Source: Candidatus Colwellbacteria bacterium RIFCSPHIGHO2_02_FULL_45_17 (lineage in GTDB: Bacteria; Patescibacteriota; Minisyncoccia; UBA6257; Colwellbacteraceae). Taken from it: DNA of 30,185 nt. Each line of letters starts with the position of its first letter. Position 1 is the first letter of the stretch. Where the stretch lies: NCBI GenBank assembly GCA_001817685.1, contig MHIV01000010.1:1-30185 (forward strand), given 5' to 3'. A program made the position numbers and the translations under genes. The notes beneath the pieces were generated by a model. It was not told the DNA's origin. It worked only from the letters and a program-made list of their open reading frames with translations, and ran no database searches. Shown here one piece after another: positions 27,026 to 30,185 of the stretch.

Positions 27026-27082
27026 AGGCAGTTTCTCTCTCGATGTTTGTCACGAAGTGTAGCGCAGCTTCTACTTCATGGT

Positions 27083-27088
27083 TATACT
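27083..27088 (+). promoter_or_regulatory. -10 box for leaderless pgk
   Basis: TATACT 7 nt before ATG 27096; no clear -35. Confidence 0.45.
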
Positions 27089-27095
27089 TATTCAC

Positions 27096-28181
27096 ATGAC
27101 TATCTACCTGGTTAGGTTAAACCTGGATATTAAGGGAAAGAACATGAGTCAATCTCTTAGATTTAGGGTTGCGGTCAACTCGGTCGAAGCCCTATCAAAG
27201 AAAAACAACAAAGTTGTAATCTTGTCTCACAAGGGGAGACCAAAGGGGTTCGATAAAGCACTTAGTCTTAGGCCGTTTCAAGCTTTACTATCAAAATCCT
27301 TAGGAAAGAAGGTCGTTTTTCTCTCGACGATAAAAAGCGCAAAAAGAATAATCGATAAGCAACCAGCCGGTACAGTTTTCTTACTTGAGAATCTAAGATT
27401 CGACAAGGGAGAGACAGAGAACAGTCAGAAATTTGCTAAATCTCTTGCTAGCCTCGGGGACGTATATATAAATAACGATTTTGCCACAAGTCACCATGAA
27501 TCCGCCTCGCTGGTCGGAATAACAAAATATTTGCCATCAAGACAGGGCCAAATAATTAAAGAGGAGACAAAGGCTCTTACAAAAACTTTAAAGAATCCCA
27601 GAAAACCATTCGTGTTAATAATCGGGGGCGCAAAAATAAAAGATAAAGCCAGTACGATTGAGAAATTACTTCCGAAAACTAGCGCAGTTCTTACGGGTGG
27701 CGCAGTTGCCAATACTTTTCTTAAAGCGGCTGGCCTCGATGTGGGTAAGTCGCTCTATGAACAACAATTTGTTAAAGACGTAGCAAAGCTTATGAAAAGT
27801 AAGAAAATTATGCTACCGACAGATATAGCAGGAGAAAAAAGCGCAATTCTTGATATAGGGCCAGATACGAGAAAAGAATATTCGAGAATAATAAGCCAAG
27901 CCGAAACTATTGTGTGGGCTGGGCCTATGGGGAAATTTGAAGATAAAAGATTCGCAAAAGGAAGCGCAGCTGTTGCGAAAGCAGTCCTAGGGAACAAGAA
28001 AGCCAACATAATAATAGGCGGAGCAGATACGTTCTCCTCACTTCATAAACGAGTCAAAAGGCAAAGAGTCGCCAACGTGTTTTATTCAACAGGAGGAGGA
28101 GCAATGCTACATTTCCTTGCTGGAGGAAAAATGCCCGCCCTCGAAGCCATTAAAAATGAGAAAACAAAAGCCAGAAAGTAA
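27096..28181 (+). CDS. pgk: Phosphoglycerate kinase (divergent, 361 aa)
   Basis: SHKGRP, LLENLRF, IIGGAKIKDK, LDIGP, GPMG.FE, STGGGAML.FL.G. Start at ATG 27096 preferred over 27078. Confidence 0.93.
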   Translation: MTIYLVRLNLDIKGKNMSQSLRFRVAVNSVEALSKKNNKVVILSHKGRPKGFDKALSLRPFQALLSKSLGKKVVFLSTIKSAKRIIDKQPAGTVFLLENLRFDKGETENSQKFAKSLASLGDVYINNDFATSHHESASLVGITKYLPSRQGQIIKEETKALTKTLKNPRKPFVLIIGGAKIKDKASTIEKLLPKTSAVLTGGAVANTFLKAAGLDVGKSLYEQQFVKDVAKLMKSKKIMLPTDIAGEKSAILDIGPDTRKEYSRIISQAETIVWAGPMGKFEDKRFAKGSAAVAKAVLGNKKANIIIGGADTFSSLHKRVKRQRVANVFYSTGGGAMLHFLAGGKMPALEAIKNEKTKARK

Positions 28182-28184
28182 GAA

Positions 28185-29027
28185 ATGTTAAAGGATACTG
28201 TAGTTTTATATCACAACAACTGCACCGATGGGTTTAGTGGTGCGTGGGCCGCGAGAAAGAAATTCGGCAAGAGAGCAGATTATTTAGGCGTAATTCACCA
28301 CGAGCCGCCGCCACCTGGACTCGACGGTAAAGACGTATTCATAATAGATTTTTCATATTCCAAAGAGACAACAGGGATGCTTCTCGATATAACCAAGTCG
28401 CTAACTTTGATAGATCACCACATAACATCCAAGGAAGTAACTGAAAGCATTCCGAATCACGTTTTTGATAACGATCATTCTGGAGCTGTGTTGGCGTGGG
28501 AATATTTTTTCCCGGGCGAAAAAACTCCAGTCTACTTGGAATATGTAGAAGATATAGACCTTTGGAGGTTTGACATGCCGCGTGCGGAAGACTTTCTTGC
28601 CTTCTCGGCGACTGTCCCATTCGACTTCGAGAAACTCGATGCGATAATCGAAGAATTTGAAGATGAGAATAAAAGAAAAGCATTTCTAGGTAAGGGCAAA
28701 GATCTGCTGGAATATCAGATAAGACTTGTCGAAGAAATGATAGAAGAAGGAGAGGAGGTTAACTTAGATGGATTTAGGGCGCTCGTAGTTAACTCTCCAG
28801 TTTTACCTTCACAGTTAGGTAACACGATTGTCAGAAAGGGATATGACATCGGCATCATATGGGCGCACTCAAACGATGTTATTAGAGTATCTTTACGTTC
28901 TGATAAAGATGGAAAGGTTAATGTCGGGGATATCGCGCAGAAATATGGTGGCGGCGGCCATAAATCAGCTGCAGGTTTTGTTGTTAGAGATGAATCAGAA
29001 TTTCCATGGCAGACAAAAAATACATAA
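28185..29027 (+). CDS. DHH/DHHA1 family phosphoesterase (nanoRNase-like)
   Basis: YHNNCTDG, IIDFS, IDHH, HSGAVLAW, DIDLW, SLRS, GGGGHKSAAG. Confidence 0.9.
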   Translation: MLKDTVVLYHNNCTDGFSGAWAARKKFGKRADYLGVIHHEPPPPGLDGKDVFIIDFSYSKETTGMLLDITKSLTLIDHHITSKEVTESIPNHVFDNDHSGAVLAWEYFFPGEKTPVYLEYVEDIDLWRFDMPRAEDFLAFSATVPFDFEKLDAIIEEFEDENKRKAFLGKGKDLLEYQIRLVEEMIEEGEEVNLDGFRALVVNSPVLPSQLGNTIVRKGYDIGIIWAHSNDVIRVSLRSDKDGKVNVGDIAQKYGGGGHKSAAGFVVRDESEFPWQTKNT

Positions 29028-29416
29028 TTTATACGGACGGGGGATCAAGAGGTAATCCTGGCTCGGCCGCCATAGGTGCTGTTGTCGGAGGTAAAGAGTA
29101 TGGTGAATCAATCGGACACACAACGAATAATGTTGCAGAGTATTCGGCGGTAATATTCGCTCTGAAGAAAGCAAAACAGCTTCTCACAAAAAAGAAAGCA
29201 GAGCAAACCGACGTCGAGCTTCGTACGGACAGTGAGCTTTTAGTGAAACAACTGAAAGGTGAATATAAAATCAAAGACTCTAACTTACAACCACTCTTCA
29301 TCGAAGTTTGGAATTTAAAACAAGATTTCAAGAGCGTGACATTTACGCACGTGACACGGGACAAGAACAAGCAAGCCGATTCTCTCGTCAATAGAGCGTT
29401 AAATATGCTTCTATAA
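29006..29416 (+). CDS. rnhA: Ribonuclease HI family protein
   Basis: YTDGGSRGNPG, TNNVAEY, TDSELLVKQLKGEYKIK, HVTRDKNKQADSLVN. Confidence 0.93.
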   Translation: MADKKYIIYTDGGSRGNPGSAAIGAVVGGKEYGESIGHTTNNVAEYSAVIFALKKAKQLLTKKKAEQTDVELRTDSELLVKQLKGEYKIKDSNLQPLFIEVWNLKQDFKSVTFTHVTRDKNKQADSLVNRALNMLL

Positions 29417-29435
29417 GAACTCTGGCCACTCTTTG

Positions 29436-29464
29436 TTGCTAAAACCAGTCATTTGTGTTACAAA
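29436..29464 (+). promoter_or_regulatory. Putative rnpB promoter
   Basis: TTGCTA (29436-41)-17 nt-TACAAA (29459-64) with TG at 29456-57; implied TSS next to P1 at 29472. The -10 lacks its final T. Confidence 0.45.
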
Positions 29465-29471
29465 AAACCTC

Positions 29472-29866
29472 GGAGGTAATCCAGATAGTAGCTTTTCTCT
29501 AGAAGTTTCCATTATCGGTCATCGACTGCTCTTCACATTCGGAAACCCAAAGGAGTAAAGAGGAAAGTCCGGACACCCCTTCGACTTCGGTCGAAGAGCA
29601 AGGTAGCGGGTAACGCCCGTCGCACGTAAGTGTAGAGGTGCGAGCAGTAACGGTCTCGACTCGCAAGAGTCGGACGAACCCAATCCCAACGTAGAAGGTT
29701 CTGCTTGGCTATAGGGATAAGAAAGCCAAGATGAAACGGCAAAATCCTTACCCGGGTGCAAGGTCGTACTCCGACTTCGGTTGGAGAGTACCGCATGAGC
29801 CCGAGAGTAATCGAGGGTCTAGATAAATTACTATCAGATACAGAATCCGGCTTACGGATTGCCTCC
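29472..29866 (+). ncRNA. rnpB: RNase P RNA (~395 nt)
   Basis: Universal GAGGAAAGTCC (29560-70) and ACAGAATCCGGCTTA near the 3' end; P1 GGAGGTAATCC/GGATTGCCTCC; P2 GATAGTAG/TTACTATC; P8 CGGGTAACGCCCG. Confidence 0.97.
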
Positions 29867-29909
29867 AAAACAGGACTATCTCCCAAGATAGTCCTGCTTT
29901 GTTTTTTTT
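29867..29909 (+). terminator. rnpB intrinsic terminator (potentially bidirectional)
   Basis: CAGGACTATCT-CCCA-AGATAGTCCTG, perfect 11-bp stem; T-rich tail on the plus strand and AAAA on the 5' side. Confidence 0.85.
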
Positions 29910-29920
29910 AAAGAGAGTGA

Positions 29921-30036
29921 GTATACGTCATGAAGAACATCCCGCAGGTTCTCTCGCTTGGGATTATGGAGAGAACCGAGGGCGAAGAAAATCCAGCCGC
30001 TGGAGCTGGATTATTCTGGTTCTGAATGACGTGTGC
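29921..30036 (+). ncRNA. Candidate structured RNA (three-way junction), family unknown
   Basis: Four nested helices: 11 bp, 5 bp, 9 bp and 8-12 bp; G.U pairs favour the plus strand. Confidence 0.55.
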
Positions 30037-30049
30037 GAGCGAACCACCC

Positions 30050-30068
30050 AGATAGTCCTGTTTTGTTT
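30050..30068. repeat. Second copy of the terminator arm (direct repeat of 29886-29904; inverted repeat of 29866-29881)
   Basis: AGATAGTCCTG(C/T)TTTGTTT, 18/19 identical to 29886-29904; 30050-30065 is the exact reverse complement of 29866-29881. Confidence 0.85.
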
Positions 30069-30185
30069 GTTCGTGCTAAAATGAACGAACATATAAACAC
30101 ATTTCGTCGAATCAATATGAATGAGTTTATATTCTATGGAACGTCTCGGAGACATTTGAGCTTGGTGTCACCTTCGGTGACTCAA

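Noticed and set aside
2547-27095. Longer ORF-track starts for rplW (2547), rpsS (3542), rpsH (7311), secY (9440), adk (10764), galT (23887) and pgk (27078)
   Set aside because: The extensions have no homology to the families, and most overlap the upstream gene. The downstream ATGs match the family N-termini, and for adk and pgk also the -10 spacing.
448-29391. Many alternative-frame and antisense ORFs in the track (e.g. 448..774-, 7654..8325-, 9280..9765-, 11057..11542-, 22254..22700-)
   Set aside because: All lie within well-supported genes, carry no recognisable motifs and look like antisense shadows of coding sequence.
29519-29886. ORFs 29519..29761+ and 29533..29886-
   Set aside because: They overlap the unambiguous RNase P RNA.
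29960-30030. Resemblance to glycine riboswitch (GGAGAG...CGAAG), HDV ribozyme (GGCGAA) and hammerhead (CTGAATGA) motifs
   Set aside because: No downstream CTCTCAGG for glycine, too little room for the HDV nested pseudoknot, and the hammerhead core has an extra base with no GAAA in register.
29866-30068. CRISPR array or IS element
   Set aside because: Only two repeat copies 164 nt apart, with no cas or transposase gene in the window.
29899-30155. Small ORFs after rnpB (29899..30084+, 29930..30025+ MKNIPQ...FWF, 29964..30155-)
   Set aside because: No family motifs and no promoter or RBS support; the nested helices explain the sequence better. A small peptide cannot be fully excluded without conservation data.

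Overview
Core housekeeping region of a bacterium using the standard code (TGA is a stop). It is most likely a Patescibacteria/CPR (Parcubacteria-like) genome, inferred from the missing uL30, absent Shine-Dalgarno motifs, PEGA protein, short ProRS and dense gene overlaps. Contents in order: the 3' part of tuf; the S10-spc ribosomal protein cluster through secY-adk-map; a UPF0200/COG0237-like kinase; a divergently transcribed PEGA membrane protein; murA-mreB-holB-frr-rseP-proS; mreBCD-PBP2; galT-dedA-tpiA-gtrA; pgk-DHH phosphoesterase-RNase HI; and RNase P RNA (rnpB). No CRISPR array, tRNA, rRNA or transposase was seen. Four things stand out. (1) The large-subunit proteins are reduced: uL3 lacks about 65-70 internal aa, uL15 lacks its C-terminal globular domain, uL23 has a shortened tunnel loop and uL5 lacks its N-terminus, while uL22 and uS19 carry C-terminal extensions. 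(2) A TAnnnT -10 box lies 6-8 nt before eight non-ribosomal start codons, suggesting widespread leaderless mRNAs, including a bidirectional promoter. (3) Three non-coding stretches are strongly structured and match no family I recognise: rpsJ-rplC, a ~120-nt promoter-to-terminator unit before pgk, and a multi-stem RNA after rnpB bounded by a 16-bp inverted repeat. (4) The RNase P RNA appears to be a structural mosaic. All RNA structures were paired by eye; no searches or folding programs were run.
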